Below, piece after piece: positions 41,224 to 51,723 of a DNA stretch of 64,000 nt. Source of the stretch: an uncultured Bacteroidales bacterium (lineage in GTDB: Bacteria; Bacteroidota; Bacteroidia; Bacteroidales; VadinHA17); NCBI GenBank assembly GCA_963825165.1, contig CAWGRY010000006.1, positions 465,086 to 529,085 of the forward strand, in the 5' to 3' direction. Positions within the stretch are counted from its first letter, which is position 1; each line of letters starts with the position of its first letter. The position numbers were made by a program, and so were the translations under genes. The notes under the pieces were generated by a model, which was not told the origin of the DNA, ran no database searches, and saw only the letters and a list, made by a program, of their open reading frames with translations.

Positions 41224-41577
41224 ATGAAATTGTTATATCGACTGTTGTTTTATAAAATGTACAAGCTCTATTCATTAATGAGGAATAGAGAAGAAGCCTC
41301 AGCAGCAGCAGGTCTAATGATCGGCTTTCTCATTGTATTCTGGATAATTCTCATTGTTGATTTATTTGATCTTAGGCGTTTTCTAAAAGGTATCTGGGTT
41401 GTCCCTGTATTTATAATAAGTATTATTGGGAATATTATGTTTATAATGAGAAAAGGTAATTATCAAAGGATTATTGATGAGATGTCTATGATAAAACTTC
41501 CTGTTAGATACCATGTTATGGTATACTTGTTACTATCATGGACATTCATTGGTATCGTATTAAACATATTAAATTGA
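41224..41577 (+). CDS. orphan membrane immunity protein, apparent paralog of 35948-36355
   Basis: YxxLxYK N-terminus, hydrophobic helices, YQRIIDE versus YKRIIKE. Confidence 0.65.
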   Translation: MKLLYRLLFYKMYKLYSLMRNREEASAAAGLMIGFLIVFWIILIVDLFDLRRFLKGIWVVPVFIISIIGNIMFIMRKGNYQRIIDEMSMIKLPVRYHVMVYLLLSWTFIGIVLNILN

Positions 41578-41658
41578 ATTTGAACTCTTCACAAGAATCG
41601 GGATTAATATCAGAAACCAATAATGAGGGTTAAAGATAGATAACGTTAAACTTAACTT

Positions 41659-42002
41659 CGTCAAATGTCAGCAGGTCGTTGGGATATGACTCAAAGGGCA
41701 GGGTGACAGAGGTAGAGACAAGATTATTAAATCAACAGGTAAAAAGAAATATCAGCAGGTTCCCTGAACGATACATGTTCCAACTGACTAAGGATGAATA
41801 CGATCGTCTAAGATCACAAAATGTGACCTTAAAGAGAGGCCAGCAAGTAAAATATTTACATTACGCTTTTACGGAACATGATAACCAGATAATGGTGATC
41901 TTTGAATATCTCAAACAGCTAGAAGCAGCCAGGCAGAAGGAATTAGACCAGAAGAACCGTAAGCGCATCGGTTTCAGGACACCGGGGAATCAGGAAGACT
42001 AA
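41659..42002 (+). pseudogene. chimera of a 51-bp Rhs piece and an internally deleted ORF6N-domain gene
   Basis: 41659-41709 matches 33814-33864 with 1 mismatch; then VETRLLNQQVKRNISRFPERYMFQLT..YAFTEH joined directly to a C-terminal ..RIGF tail. Confidence 0.75.
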
Positions 42003-42159
42003 TTCCACATGACAATCCAAAAAAGACCTTACCTCAGATGAACGTGTGGACGCTGGCGGACGGAACACGAGGGTGCTCTGTGTTACGGCTAATTCCTATT
42101 CAAAAATTTTCTTAACGGGAGAAATAATATTAAATTTATAATCCCTAAAAATCAATTAT

Positions 42160-43068
42160 ATGGCAGCGAAGAAAAACACCAGACCGGAAAAACCGGAGAA
42201 ACCGGGAAAAACAGAGAAAGTGGGAAAGACCGGTAAAAAGAGGAAGTTTGACAGAGCTGAGCTTTACCACGATATTGAGGATGAGAAGCACTCAAAACTG
42301 AAAAACAGGGAGTATTTTAAGAAGCTGGGAGAACTCGAAGTGGAGCTTATCAAGCTTCAGGAATGGGTAAAGGCCGGGAAGCTTAAGATGATCGTGATCT
42401 TTGAAGGCCGCGATGCCGCCGGGAAGGGTGGCGTTATTAAAACTATCTCAGGATGCCTGAATCCTCGTATCTGCAGAGTGGTAGCTCTTGGCACTCCAAC
42501 GGAAAAAGAAAAAACCCAGTGGTACTTTCAGAGATATGTGCCGTTTCTGCCGGCCGGCGGTGAAATTGTGCTGTTCGACAGAAGCTGGTACAACAGGGCC
42601 GGGGTTGAAAAAGTGATGGGCTTCTGCACAAATGAAGAGTATGATGAGTTCCTCAGATCGTGTCCTGAATTTGAAAAAATGCTGATCAGGTCAGGAATAA
42701 TACTTGTAAAATATTGGTTTTCAGTCAGTGACCATGAACAGGAAAAAAGGTTCCAGGACAGGATAAATGATCCTACCAAAAGATGGAAGATCAGCCCGAT
42801 GGATGTGGAATCGCGCGATAAATGGGTTGAATATTCAATGGCCAAGGACAAAATGTTCTCATACACCGATACCAAGCAATGTCCCTGGTATGTGGTGGAG
42901 GGCGATGATAAAAGACGGGCAAGACTCAATACGATAGATCATCTGCTTTCTCTCGTTCCTTATGAAGACCTTACTCCCAAACCTTTTAAACTGCCTCCCC
43001 TGAAACGTGATGTGGCTTATGTGAGACCCCCGAAAACAGAACAGACTCACGTTCCGGAGAAGTATTAA
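42160..43068 (+). CDS. ppk2: polyphosphate kinase 2
   Basis: FEGRDAAGKGG, WYFQRY, FDRSWYNRAGVE, WKISPMD. Confidence 0.96.
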   Translation: MAAKKNTRPEKPEKPGKTEKVGKTGKKRKFDRAELYHDIEDEKHSKLKNREYFKKLGELEVELIKLQEWVKAGKLKMIVIFEGRDAAGKGGVIKTISGCLNPRICRVVALGTPTEKEKTQWYFQRYVPFLPAGGEIVLFDRSWYNRAGVEKVMGFCTNEEYDEFLRSCPEFEKMLIRSGIILVKYWFSVSDHEQEKRFQDRINDPTKRWKISPMDVESRDKWVEYSMAKDKMFSYTDTKQCPWYVVEGDDKRRARLNTIDHLLSLVPYEDLTPKPFKLPPLKRDVAYVRPPKTEQTHVPEKY

Positions 43069-43086
43069 GACTGTGACATCAAGGCC

Positions 43087-44187
43087 TCAGTGCCGAAAGG
43101 TGTCTGCAATATTCCCGATAAATACATCAAACAGAAAATCCGTATCCGTCGGACCGCCGGAGGCTTCGGGATGGAACTGTGTTGAGAAGAAGGGCTTTGA
43201 GACATGCTTCATCCCCTCGTTGGTGTTGTCGTTGACGTTTATAAAGAGCGGTTCCCAGCCTTCCGGCAGTGTTTTGTTGTTAACTGCGAAGCCGTGATTC
43301 TGCGAGGTGATGTATGCTCTTTCGGTGCCCACCATCTGCACCGGCTGGTTATGGCTCCGGTGGCCGTAACGCAGCTTATAAGTGTCAGCGCCTGCTGCCA
43401 GCGCCATGAGCTGGTTACCCAGACAGATACCAAATATAGGCTTGTCGCCTTCAAGCGACTGCCTTACATGATCAATGGCGGTAAGGCACATCTTGGGATC
43501 GCCAGGACCATTGGTTAAAAATAGTCCGTCATACTCCTCGGCACTGTAGTCGTAATCCCACGGTACCCTGATGATGGTCGTGTCTCGCTTCAGGAGGTTC
43601 CTGATGATATTAAATTTCACTCCGCAGTCTACCAGCATTATGCGGTATTTTCCGCTCCCGTAAACCTGTCGTGTGGTGGTACTTACTTCGGCTACCAGGT
43701 TGACTTTATTGGGGTCATAAAACTCCGTTGCGGTACCTTCAGGCTCGACTTTGCCGAGCATGGCGCCCTTCTCACGTATGCGCTTTGTCAGTGCGCGGGT
43801 ATCAATCCCATAAATGCCAGGTACGTTGCTCTTGCGAAGCCAGTCGTCAAGGCTCTCTTTGGCGTTCCAGTGGCTGTAGTCAAACGAATAGTCCGATACG
43901 ATAAGAGCTGAGATATGTACGCCTGATGATTCGTAAAAGAGATAGAGATCATCCTGTTCGCTCTTTCCCGGTGCCCCGTAGTTACCCACGAGAGGGTAAG
44001 TGAGGCACAGCACCTGTCCCTTGTATGAAGGGTCTGTCAGGCTCTCCGGGTATCCTGTCATAGCGGTGTTGAAGACCACTTCGCCTGCAGCAGCCACAGG
44101 TGCACCAAATGACCAGCCCCGGTAAACGGAGCCGTCCTCGAGGGTCAGCTTTACACCTAATCTGTTAGCCGGCTTCATCTCAGGCAT
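43087..44187 (-). CDS. carA: carbamoyl-phosphate synthase small subunit
   Basis: GEVVFNTAMTGYPESLTDPSY, NGPGDP, GICLGNQ, SQNHGF, QFHPEA. Confidence 0.97.
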   Translation of the reverse strand: MPEMKPANRLGVKLTLEDGSVYRGWSFGAPVAAAGEVVFNTAMTGYPESLTDPSYKGQVLCLTYPLVGNYGAPGKSEQDDLYLFYESSGVHISALIVSDYSFDYSHWNAKESLDDWLRKSNVPGIYGIDTRALTKRIREKGAMLGKVEPEGTATEFYDPNKVNLVAEVSTTTRQVYGSGKYRIMLVDCGVKFNIIRNLLKRDTTIIRVPWDYDYSAEEYDGLFLTNGPGDPKMCLTAIDHVRQSLEGDKPIFGICLGNQLMALAAGADTYKLRYGHRSHNQPVQMVGTERAYITSQNHGFAVNNKTLPEGWEPLFINVNDNTNEGMKHVSKPFFSTQFHPEASGGPTDTDFLFDVFIGNIADTFRH

Positions 44188-45346
44188 TTATTGCTGTGTC
44201 AATCTGTCTCAGTGCTCTCTCCACCGTTGACCGGGGGCAGGCCACGTTCATACGCATAAATCCCTCACCACCCGGACCGAATAATGATCCTTCATTCATG
44301 CCCACGCCTGCCTTGTCAATAAAGAAGCGGTGAAGCAGTTTCCCGTCCATGCCCATCGAACGGCAATCGAGCCAGATCATGTAGGTTGCCTCAGGCCTCA
44401 GCGGCTTGATCTGCGGCAGGCGTTCATGACAGTAGTTCATTACAAGATCGATGTTCCCCTGAACGTAGACCAGCATCTCCTCAAGCCATTCATGGCCGTA
44501 AGTGTATGCAGCTTCAGAGGCTACATTACCAAAGATGTTCCCCAGATGCATGTGCAGACTAATAAGTGTTTTCCTGTATTTATCCATGAGGCCCGGATCA
44601 GGTATTATCATTGACGAAGTTGACAGTCCGGCCAGGTTAAATGTTTTGCTCGGCGCCATGCAGGTGACGGTGATGGAAGCAGCCTTTTCCGAAAGTGAAG
44701 CAACAGGAACGTGCCTGTTTCCCGGCAGGATCAGGTCAGAGTGGATCTCATCAGAAAGAATAATGATCCCGTTGCGGTAACAAATATCAACAAGCTCCTC
44801 CAGTTCTTCCCTCCGCCACACTCGTCCGACCGGGTTGTGCGGATTGGATATTATTATCATCTTAGCTGACGGTGTAATGAGTTTCCTCAGTCCGTCAAGA
44901 TCCATCACCCATCCGTCAGCAGTTTCCAGGAGATTATTATACAAAAGTATCCGTTCATGATCCTTTGCTGCCCCGTGAAAAGGAGTATATACGGGAGGCT
45001 GAATAATTATACTCTCACCCTTTTGGGTATAGGCAAGGGTGCACATGTTCAGGGCCGGCACCACACCGGGACTGAATTCTATCCACTCACGTCTTATATT
45101 CCATCCGTGCCGGTCAGAAATCCATTTGATAATTGAATTATAATATGAGTCGGGTCTGAATGAATATCCGAGTATTTCATGTTTCAGGCGTCCGGCCAGT
45201 GCTTCGGTGATGAAAGAAGGCGTCAGGAAATCCATATCGGCCACCCACATGGGAATGACATCGGCTCTTCCGAAGACTTCTTTCCTGAGATCGTATTTTA
45301 TGCAACTGGTATTTTCCCGGTTGATCTCTGCATCAAAATTCCACAT
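44180..45346 (-). CDS. MalY/PatB-family PLP C-S lyase
   Basis: MWVADMDF, NPHNPVGRVW, SDEIHSD, PSKTFNLAGL. Confidence 0.92.
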   Translation of the reverse strand: MWNFDAEINRENTSCIKYDLRKEVFGRADVIPMWVADMDFLTPSFITEALAGRLKHEILGYSFRPDSYYNSIIKWISDRHGWNIRREWIEFSPGVVPALNMCTLAYTQKGESIIIQPPVYTPFHGAAKDHERILLYNNLLETADGWVMDLDGLRKLITPSAKMIIISNPHNPVGRVWRREELEELVDICYRNGIIILSDEIHSDLILPGNRHVPVASLSEKAASITVTCMAPSKTFNLAGLSTSSMIIPDPGLMDKYRKTLISLHMHLGNIFGNVASEAAYTYGHEWLEEMLVYVQGNIDLVMNYCHERLPQIKPLRPEATYMIWLDCRSMGMDGKLLHRFFIDKAGVGMNEGSLFGPGGEGFMRMNVACPRSTVERALRQIDTAINA

Positions 45347-45536
45347 CAGGGGTTTTTAATTCATCCGGGATGTAAAGATATGTAAAAAAGGGTATGAACA
45401 AGATATGGGGTCCGTCTGTTTATGTGGTGTTATGCAGAAGGAGGGACCATAAATTAAATTTTCTGATAATAAATTCCCTCAGAAAGGGAAAAGTCTTAAT
45501 TTTACGTTACAAATACTTGTACCAAAAAACATCCTT

Positions 45537-46358
45537 ATGAAAAAGACTATCACAAAAATACTGGTGGCTGTGATGATCCTTACGGTAGCCGGTACCTACT
45601 CCTGCAAGAACAGGAGTACTACCCCGAAGTTGAATGAATTGAACGAGATGGAGAAGAAGGGTCTGGAGCAGAAGATTGAAGAAAATGTCTATCCGCTTCC
45701 CACCTCTGCAGAGGTTCTTAAAAAGCTCACTGACCTGGATCTTGGCTATATCCTCGGGGCAACCAATCCTCCTGCAAATTCCAGGAATTATGTCTCCAGC
45801 TACACCAGGTCGGTTAACCTCGGTGTTTTTGGTGCAGACCTCAGCTACGCTACCCTTTACAACATGCAGCAGGATGTAATTGATTATCTTGCGGCTCTGC
45901 GTACTTTAGCCGGTGACCTGAACCTTAATAAGATCTATAATGAATCTCTATATGATCTGATAAGAGAAAATTTTGACAACAGGGATACCCTTGTAAGTAT
46001 TCTCACTGATGCTTTTGACCGTACTTATTCCTTAATGGTTGACGGAGGGCAGGTTAACCTGGCACTTCTTATGGTAGGAGGTGCATGGGTTGAAGGAATG
46101 TACCTGACGATGGCAGTATCTGAGTCCGGTGCACACGTTTCAGGCTTTGAGTCAGTCCTGCTGGAGCAGAAGAAATCTTTCGAGACACTCGAGGAACTGG
46201 CACAACCCCACACCGATGATGCACTGGTTTCAAAAATGCTTGCAGACATGAAGCCTATCAGGGACATTTATGCCACCCTGGGAACCAGCCTTACGATGCA
46301 GAATATTGAAGACCTGAAAAAGGCAGTTAACACTGTTAGGACAGGGCTGATTAAATAA
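45537..46358 (+). CDS. hypothetical alpha-helical lipoprotein
   Basis: Lipobox TYSC; NLGVFGADLSY and GAWVEGMY motifs. Confidence 0.75.
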   Translation: MKKTITKILVAVMILTVAGTYSCKNRSTTPKLNELNEMEKKGLEQKIEENVYPLPTSAEVLKKLTDLDLGYILGATNPPANSRNYVSSYTRSVNLGVFGADLSYATLYNMQQDVIDYLAALRTLAGDLNLNKIYNESLYDLIRENFDNRDTLVSILTDAFDRTYSLMVDGGQVNLALLMVGGAWVEGMYLTMAVSESGAHVSGFESVLLEQKKSFETLEELAQPHTDDALVSKMLADMKPIRDIYATLGTSLTMQNIEDLKKAVNTVRTGLIK

Positions 46359-46374
46359 AAGAAATAATCCCATG

Positions 46375-46406
46375 AGACCGCAAAAGTAAATTTGCGGTCT
46401 TTTTTT
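46375..46406 (+). terminator. terminator hairpin that also contains TAnnTTTG on both strands
   Basis: AGACCGCAAA-AGTAAA-TTTGCGGTCT followed by T6. Confidence 0.7.
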
Positions 46407-46412
46407 AAGACG

Positions 46413-49400
46413 ATGAGGGAATCCGTATTACATGCGCTGATACATATTTTTGCCATTTTGTCTACGGTCAATCCTGCAGGAGTGACCTCAAGAGGCAGAA
46501 AGATTCTCCGCAATTATCTCCGCCGGTATCTTAACCAGGAGCTCGAGGAAGAGTATTTCAAGCTGTTTGAGAACAACCTTCAGTTCTATGAAAAAGAGCT
46601 CAAGGCGGTGGATGAGGGAGAGCTCTCCGACGAAAACTCTCTGATCGCATTCCAGATAACAAACATTTGCCGGCAGATAAAGAAAGGTCTCTTCCTCGAG
46701 GAGAGGATGATAGTGTTCCTTCAGCTGCTCGAGTTTGTCTATGAAGACGGTACTGTTTCAGAACAGGAGTCTTCGATTGTTGATATTGTCGCGCGCACTT
46801 TCAACATCTCGCAAAAGGAGAAGAACAATGCATCGGCATTCATGCTCGGGATGCGGTATGACAAGATCAGTACCGACTGCTTCCTGGCAATCGAGGGAGA
46901 AGAAAACATAGGCGAGGCGGCCTCCAGCTATGCCAATTATCATGAGTGGCACCACATGGTCTCAAGAGGGCTGAAGGGGACTATTTACGTGCTTTTTATT
47001 GAGAGCACCGAACATCTCCTGTTCGTTTACCAGGGTAAGGTCCCGCTGCATTTCAAGGGGCGCAACGTGGTTCCCCTGCGTCCATTCCTTCTTGACCCAG
47101 GCGTAAACCTGAGAGGACATGGGATGGCACCTCTTTATTATACAACAATATTCCGGAAGTTCGTTCATGCCAATTTTGTTGAGGATATTGTCTTTGAAGG
47201 TCAGAAACTTGAGTATCATTTCAAGGGGTCTGACAATGGCATCCAGCCGATGAGCTTCAGCGTCAAGTCCGGCAACCTGATTGGCATAATGGGTGGCAGC
47301 GGCGTAGGTAAAAGCACACTCCTTAATATACTGAACGGTAAACTCAAACCGGAACGCGGTGCTGTTTTTATTAACGGTTACGATCTTCATAACGAACCTG
47401 AAGCACTTACTGGACTGATAGGTTATGTTCCTCAGGATGACCTCCTTATTGAGGAACTGACTGTCTATCAGAACTTATACTATAATGCCAGGCTGACGTT
47501 CGGGGATTACGACGAAAAAAAACTTAACGATGTTGTCGTCTCCGTCCTGAAGCAGCTTGATCTTTTCGAGATCAGAGACCTGGTTGTGGGTGACCCACTG
47601 AATAAAAAAGTCAGCGGAGGACAGCGTAAGCGTCTTAACATAGGCCTTGAGCTTATGCGTGAGCCTGCTGTGCTTTTTGCCGATGAGCCTATCTCGGGGC
47701 TTTCCTCGTCTGATTCCGACAATGTCATGGAGATGCTTAAGGACCAGGTTATCTCAGGCAGGCTCATCTTCGCCATTATCCATCAGCCGTCATCAAACAT
47801 TCTCAAAATGTTTGACAGGCTGTGGGTGCTTGACAAGGGTGGATACATGATCTATGACGGTGATCCGGTTGAAGCTCTGGTATATTTCAAAACAGAGACC
47901 TCCCAGGCCAATGCCGCAGAGAGTGAATGTCCGACCTGCGGCAATGTGGAGACTGATCAGATACTTCAGATAGTGGAGGCCAAGGTGGTTGATACTGATG
48001 GCAACAAAGGGCAGGAACGGCAGGTCTCGCCGGTGGAGTGGTATCACAGGTACAAGCAGAAGATGGAGCCACCGGCAAACAGCAGTCCTGAGGTTAAACC
48101 TCTGCCTCCTAGCAATTTCAAAGTGCCGGATAAACTGAAGCAGATCCGTACTTACCTGAGAAGGAACATAGTCAGTAAATACGCCGACAAACAATACCTT
48201 TTCATTAACCTCCTCGAACCACCCCTTCTGGCATTTATTCTCGGCTATGTTTCGAAATACATTAAGGACGGTGCCTATCTGTTCACTGACAACAAGAGCT
48301 ATCCGGTCTTTCTTTTCATGAGCGTGGTGGTAGCCCTGTTCATGGGCCTCACAGTAAGCGCGGAAGAGATATTCAGGGACCGCAAGATCCTTGAACGTGA
48401 GAAATACCTTAATATAAGCCGCTTAAGCTATCTTATCTCAAAGGTTTTCTTTCTCTTCGGGCTGTCAGCTGTTCAGACACTTATGTATGTTCTTATCTCT
48501 CAGTCGATCCTTGACGTCGACGGGATGATGTGGAGGCACTGGCTTATACTTTTCTCAACATCATGCTTCGGGAATATGATCGGCCTCAATATCTCTGCCG
48601 GGATGAAGACAGCCATCAGCATTTACATCCTGATACCTCTCGTACTGGTTCCCCAGATTCTTCTGGGTGGTGCTATGATAAGATTTGACGACCTCCACAA
48701 GTCGATGACGAATAAAATCAACGTTCCGGTTATCGGAGATGTGATGACTACACGATGGTCGTACGAGGCTATTGCCGTTGAGCAGTTCCGTTCAGGGAAG
48801 TACATGAAACCCTATTTCAGGACGGAGATGATGATCAGCCACTACGACTGGCAGTCCTCGTTCCTGGTACCCGAACTGAAGAAGAAGAGCAGGGAATGTG
48901 TCTGGGCATGGGGAAGGCCTGAATTCAGGGAGGCCTATGACGGTAACATCAAGAAGCTCAATTATCATATTACAGTCCTCAGCAAGGAGGCGGGTCTTGA
49001 TCCGTCAAATGCTATCCGGGTGATTGCCAAAGAACCCTTCACCTCTGACGATGCATACGTGGTGAATGACTACCTTGACACTCTTCAGAAGGTAATAAGA
49101 GGACAGTATCTGTATTATACCGATATCAAGGATCAGATAACTGACAGCCTCACTAAGGCTATCGGTCATGATGAACTTGTGAGACTGCGTGAAACCACTT
49201 ATAATGAGGAGCTTGCCGACCTGGTTCTGAACCGCACGGTACAGAAGAAGGTGTACGATACACCTGACCGCATTATCCAGAAATCTGATCCGGTGCTGAT
49301 GGAACCGGTATCACGGAACGGGAGGGCTCACTTTTACGCTCCGTATAAGATAGTTGGAAACCTCCGGATCGGAACTCTCTGGTTCAACCTGCTGTATATA

Positions 49401-49520
49401 TGGTGGATGAACACAACATTCTTTATCGTGCTCTATTATGATCTGGTCAGGAAGCTGCTAAGTCTTTTTGAACGGGTAAATATACCTGGTTTCGGATCTG
49501 TCAGGGTGGGACCTCGATGA
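46413..49520 (+). CDS. ABCG-type (NBD then TMD) ABC transporter with TerB-like N-terminal domain
   Basis: GGSGVGKST, YVPQDD, VSGGQRKR, DEPISGLSS, IHQPS, ABC-2 type TM block; ATG at 46413 preferred. Confidence 0.85.
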   Translation: MRESVLHALIHIFAILSTVNPAGVTSRGRKILRNYLRRYLNQELEEEYFKLFENNLQFYEKELKAVDEGELSDENSLIAFQITNICRQIKKGLFLEERMIVFLQLLEFVYEDGTVSEQESSIVDIVARTFNISQKEKNNASAFMLGMRYDKISTDCFLAIEGEENIGEAASSYANYHEWHHMVSRGLKGTIYVLFIESTEHLLFVYQGKVPLHFKGRNVVPLRPFLLDPGVNLRGHGMAPLYYTTIFRKFVHANFVEDIVFEGQKLEYHFKGSDNGIQPMSFSVKSGNLIGIMGGSGVGKSTLLNILNGKLKPERGAVFINGYDLHNEPEALTGLIGYVPQDDLLIEELTVYQNLYYNARLTFGDYDEKKLNDVVVSVLKQLDLFEIRDLVVGDPLNKKVSGGQRKRLNIGLELMREPAVLFADEPISGLSSSDSDNVMEMLKDQVISGRLIFAIIHQPSSNILKMFDRLWVLDKGGYMIYDGDPVEALVYFKTETSQANAAESECPTCGNVETDQILQIVEAKVVDTDGNKGQERQVSPVEWYHRYKQKMEPPANSSPEVKPLPPSNFKVPDKLKQIRTYLRRNIVSKYADKQYLFINLLEPPLLAFILGYVSKYIKDGAYLFTDNKSYPVFLFMSVVVALFMGLTVSAEEIFRDRKILEREKYLNISRLSYLISKVFFLFGLSAVQTLMYVLISQSILDVDGMMWRHWLILFSTSCFGNMIGLNISAGMKTAISIYILIPLVLVPQILLGGAMIRFDDLHKSMTNKINVPVIGDVMTTRWSYEAIAVEQFRSGKYMKPYFRTEMMISHYDWQSSFLVPELKKKSRECVWAWGRPEFREAYDGNIKKLNYHITVLSKEAGLDPSNAIRVIAKEPFTSDDAYVVNDYLDTLQKVIRGQYLYYTDIKDQITDSLTKAIGHDELVRLRETTYNEELADLVLNRTVQKKVYDTPDRIIQKSDPVLMEPVSRNGRAHFYAPYKIVGNLRIGTLWFNLLYIWWMNTTFFIVLYYDLVRKLLSLFERVNIPGFGSVRVGPR

Positions 49521-50290
49521 GAAATGAAAGAGTAAGAGCCAAGAAGCACCTGGGTCAGCACTTTCTGAAAGACGAAAGGATTGCTGCAGCCATTGTGGAC
49601 TCTCTGAATGCCGTTGAATGTGATACCGTGATAGAAGTGGGGCCGGGCATGGGGGTTCTGACACAGTTCCTTGTGAGCAGGAATTTCCCCTCGCTGAAAG
49701 TGGTGGAGATTGATGCCGTATTAGTGGAATATCTGCAGAATAATATTGAGGGTATCGGTCAGATCATCAGGGGCGATTTTCTGGAACTTGACCTGCATCC
49801 CATTGGCAGAAGAATTGCAGTAATCGGGAATTTCCCCTATAATATTTCCAGTCAGATCTTCTTTAAGGTCCTCGACAACCGTGACATGGTGACGGAGGTG
49901 ACCTGCATGGTGCAGAAAGAAGTGGCGGAACGCATCTGCTCTGCCCCGGGAAGTCGTGTGTACGGCATTCTCAGCGTGCTTCTCAAAGCCTGGTATGATA
50001 TTGAATATCTCTTTACCGTAAATGAGAATGTCTTCTCACCACCGCCTAAGGTCAAATCGGCCGTCATACATCTTAATCGCAATGCCAGGGAAAGGCTTGA
50101 CTGTGATGAGAAGCTCTTCTTCAGTGTGGTCAAACGCTGCTTCAATCAGCGCCGGAAGATGATCCGCAATCCTGTTAAGATGATGGTTAGTCCTGATGCA
50201 GGTACCATGCCTCTTTTATCGCTGAGAGCCGAACAGCTCTCTGTTGAGCAGTTTGTCGAGCTGACCAACTGGGTCGCAGGACACAGGTAA
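49517..50290 (+). CDS. rsmA: 16S rRNA dimethyltransferase KsgA/RsmA
   Basis: KKHLGQHFL, EVGPGMG, GNFPYNIS, PPPKVKS, QRRK. Confidence 0.97.
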   Translation: MRNERVRAKKHLGQHFLKDERIAAAIVDSLNAVECDTVIEVGPGMGVLTQFLVSRNFPSLKVVEIDAVLVEYLQNNIEGIGQIIRGDFLELDLHPIGRRIAVIGNFPYNISSQIFFKVLDNRDMVTEVTCMVQKEVAERICSAPGSRVYGILSVLLKAWYDIEYLFTVNENVFSPPPKVKSAVIHLNRNARERLDCDEKLFFSVVKRCFNQRRKMIRNPVKMMVSPDAGTMPLLSLRAEQLSVEQFVELTNWVAGHR

Positions 50291-50312
50291 TACAGGCAGA
50301 TAATGCTTTTTT

Positions 50313-51560
50313 TCAGAATGTATACCCTATTGCTTCAACGGGGTTCATTTTTGCCGCGGCTGATGCCGGGGCAAATCCTGCAATGATACCGATGGCGCCG
50401 GAGATTCCTATTGCAAGGATGATGTTGCCTGCAGTCAGGAACATATCAAGGTTATAGAAATAATTCACTAACAGGGTCCCCAGAAAGACGATAATCAATC
50501 CCAGGATACCACCGGTAATTGACAGGATCATTGATTCAATAAGGAACTGAAGAAGGATATACCTTCTCTTGGCGCCGAGGGCCATCTGGATACCGATTAT
50601 ACTTGTGCGCTCCCTGACGGAGACGAACATTATGTTGGCAATGCCGAACCCGCCGACAAGAATTGAAAATCCACCTATGATCCATCCCGCTATGTTAATG
50701 CCCTTAAAGACAGGCTCAAGGGTCTGTGTTATCTGGCTCGCCTGGTTGATTGAGAAATTGCTGACCTCCCCGGGGCTAAGCCTTCTTGCCGAACGCAGGA
50801 TCATTGTTATTTCATCAGTCAGCTGCTCTACCGACGCATTCTCCTTGCCCCTGATCATTACATTTGCATCAATGAAAGGGTTGCGGAAGTTGATGAACTG
50901 CCGGCTGAAATTCAACGGTACCAGCAGTGTCTGATCCATACCGCTGTCACTCAGTCCCCCTTTGCCCTCTTTTTTGAATACACCGATGACCTCAGCCTTA
51001 TATCCGGATATTGTAATCTCCTTTCCCAGGGGATTGGTTTTTTCAAACAGTTTATCTGCTATTTCAATACCAATGATGGTTACAGGTTTTCCCGAAGCAG
51101 ATTCAGATTCAGTGAAATAGCGCCCTTTTTCTATTTCAAATGACCTTACCTGTTTAAAATCATATGTTGCAGCTGTTATATATGAATCGCTGACGGAGTT
51201 GCTGTGGTACTTGATTGGTTCACCGGAAAACACGGTGAAACAAACCGCCTCGGCTGAAGGTGATTTTCTTCGAATCGCCTCATAGTCATCAGTTGATGGT
51301 GGAGGCCATTTCATAATATCCCACCACTTTATGTCCGGGTCAGGTGTCCAGGGCCATTTTGCCACATAAATAGTATTATTTCCAAGGGAGGCAATGCTGG
51401 TCCTTATCCCGTTTTCCATCCAGTCAAAAACAGTGAACACCGAAATAATCGAAACAATACCTATTGTAATCCCAAACAGTGAAAGAAACGTACGGAATTT
51501 ATTAACTGATACAGAGCTGTAAGCAAACAGGAAACTCTCTTTAAACATTTTCAGCCACAT
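50313..51560 (-). CDS. MacB/FtsX-family ABC permease
   Basis: RTFLSLFGITIGI, GGFGIANIMFVSVRERT, PA..AAKMNPVEA; the TTG at 51584 lies inside a TATCTTTG box, so ATG 51560 is preferred. Confidence 0.9.
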   Translation of the reverse strand: MWLKMFKESFLFAYSSVSVNKFRTFLSLFGITIGIVSIISVFTVFDWMENGIRTSIASLGNNTIYVAKWPWTPDPDIKWWDIMKWPPPSTDDYEAIRRKSPSAEAVCFTVFSGEPIKYHSNSVSDSYITAATYDFKQVRSFEIEKGRYFTESESASGKPVTIIGIEIADKLFEKTNPLGKEITISGYKAEVIGVFKKEGKGGLSDSGMDQTLLVPLNFSRQFINFRNPFIDANVMIRGKENASVEQLTDEITMILRSARRLSPGEVSNFSINQASQITQTLEPVFKGINIAGWIIGGFSILVGGFGIANIMFVSVRERTSIIGIQMALGAKRRYILLQFLIESMILSITGGILGLIIVFLGTLLVNYFYNLDMFLTAGNIILAIGISGAIGIIAGFAPASAAAKMNPVEAIGYTF

Positions 51561-51723
51561 GGTCCGGTCATAATTTAGTGTCAAAGATAGTCAAATATGA
51601 AACATCAATATCTCCCCAATAATTCATCAATTCAATTATTTAAGGAAACATTGCTTATCAAAAAATTTATCTATTTTTAAGCGGTCGCAAAATTCTTGGG
51701 GGCGATTACCTGATTTACTGATT

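Noticed and set aside
28173-42002. T6SS effector locus or intact integrative element
   Set aside because: No VgrG, PAAR, integrase, transposase or att repeats seen; the Rhs has a Sec signal peptide.
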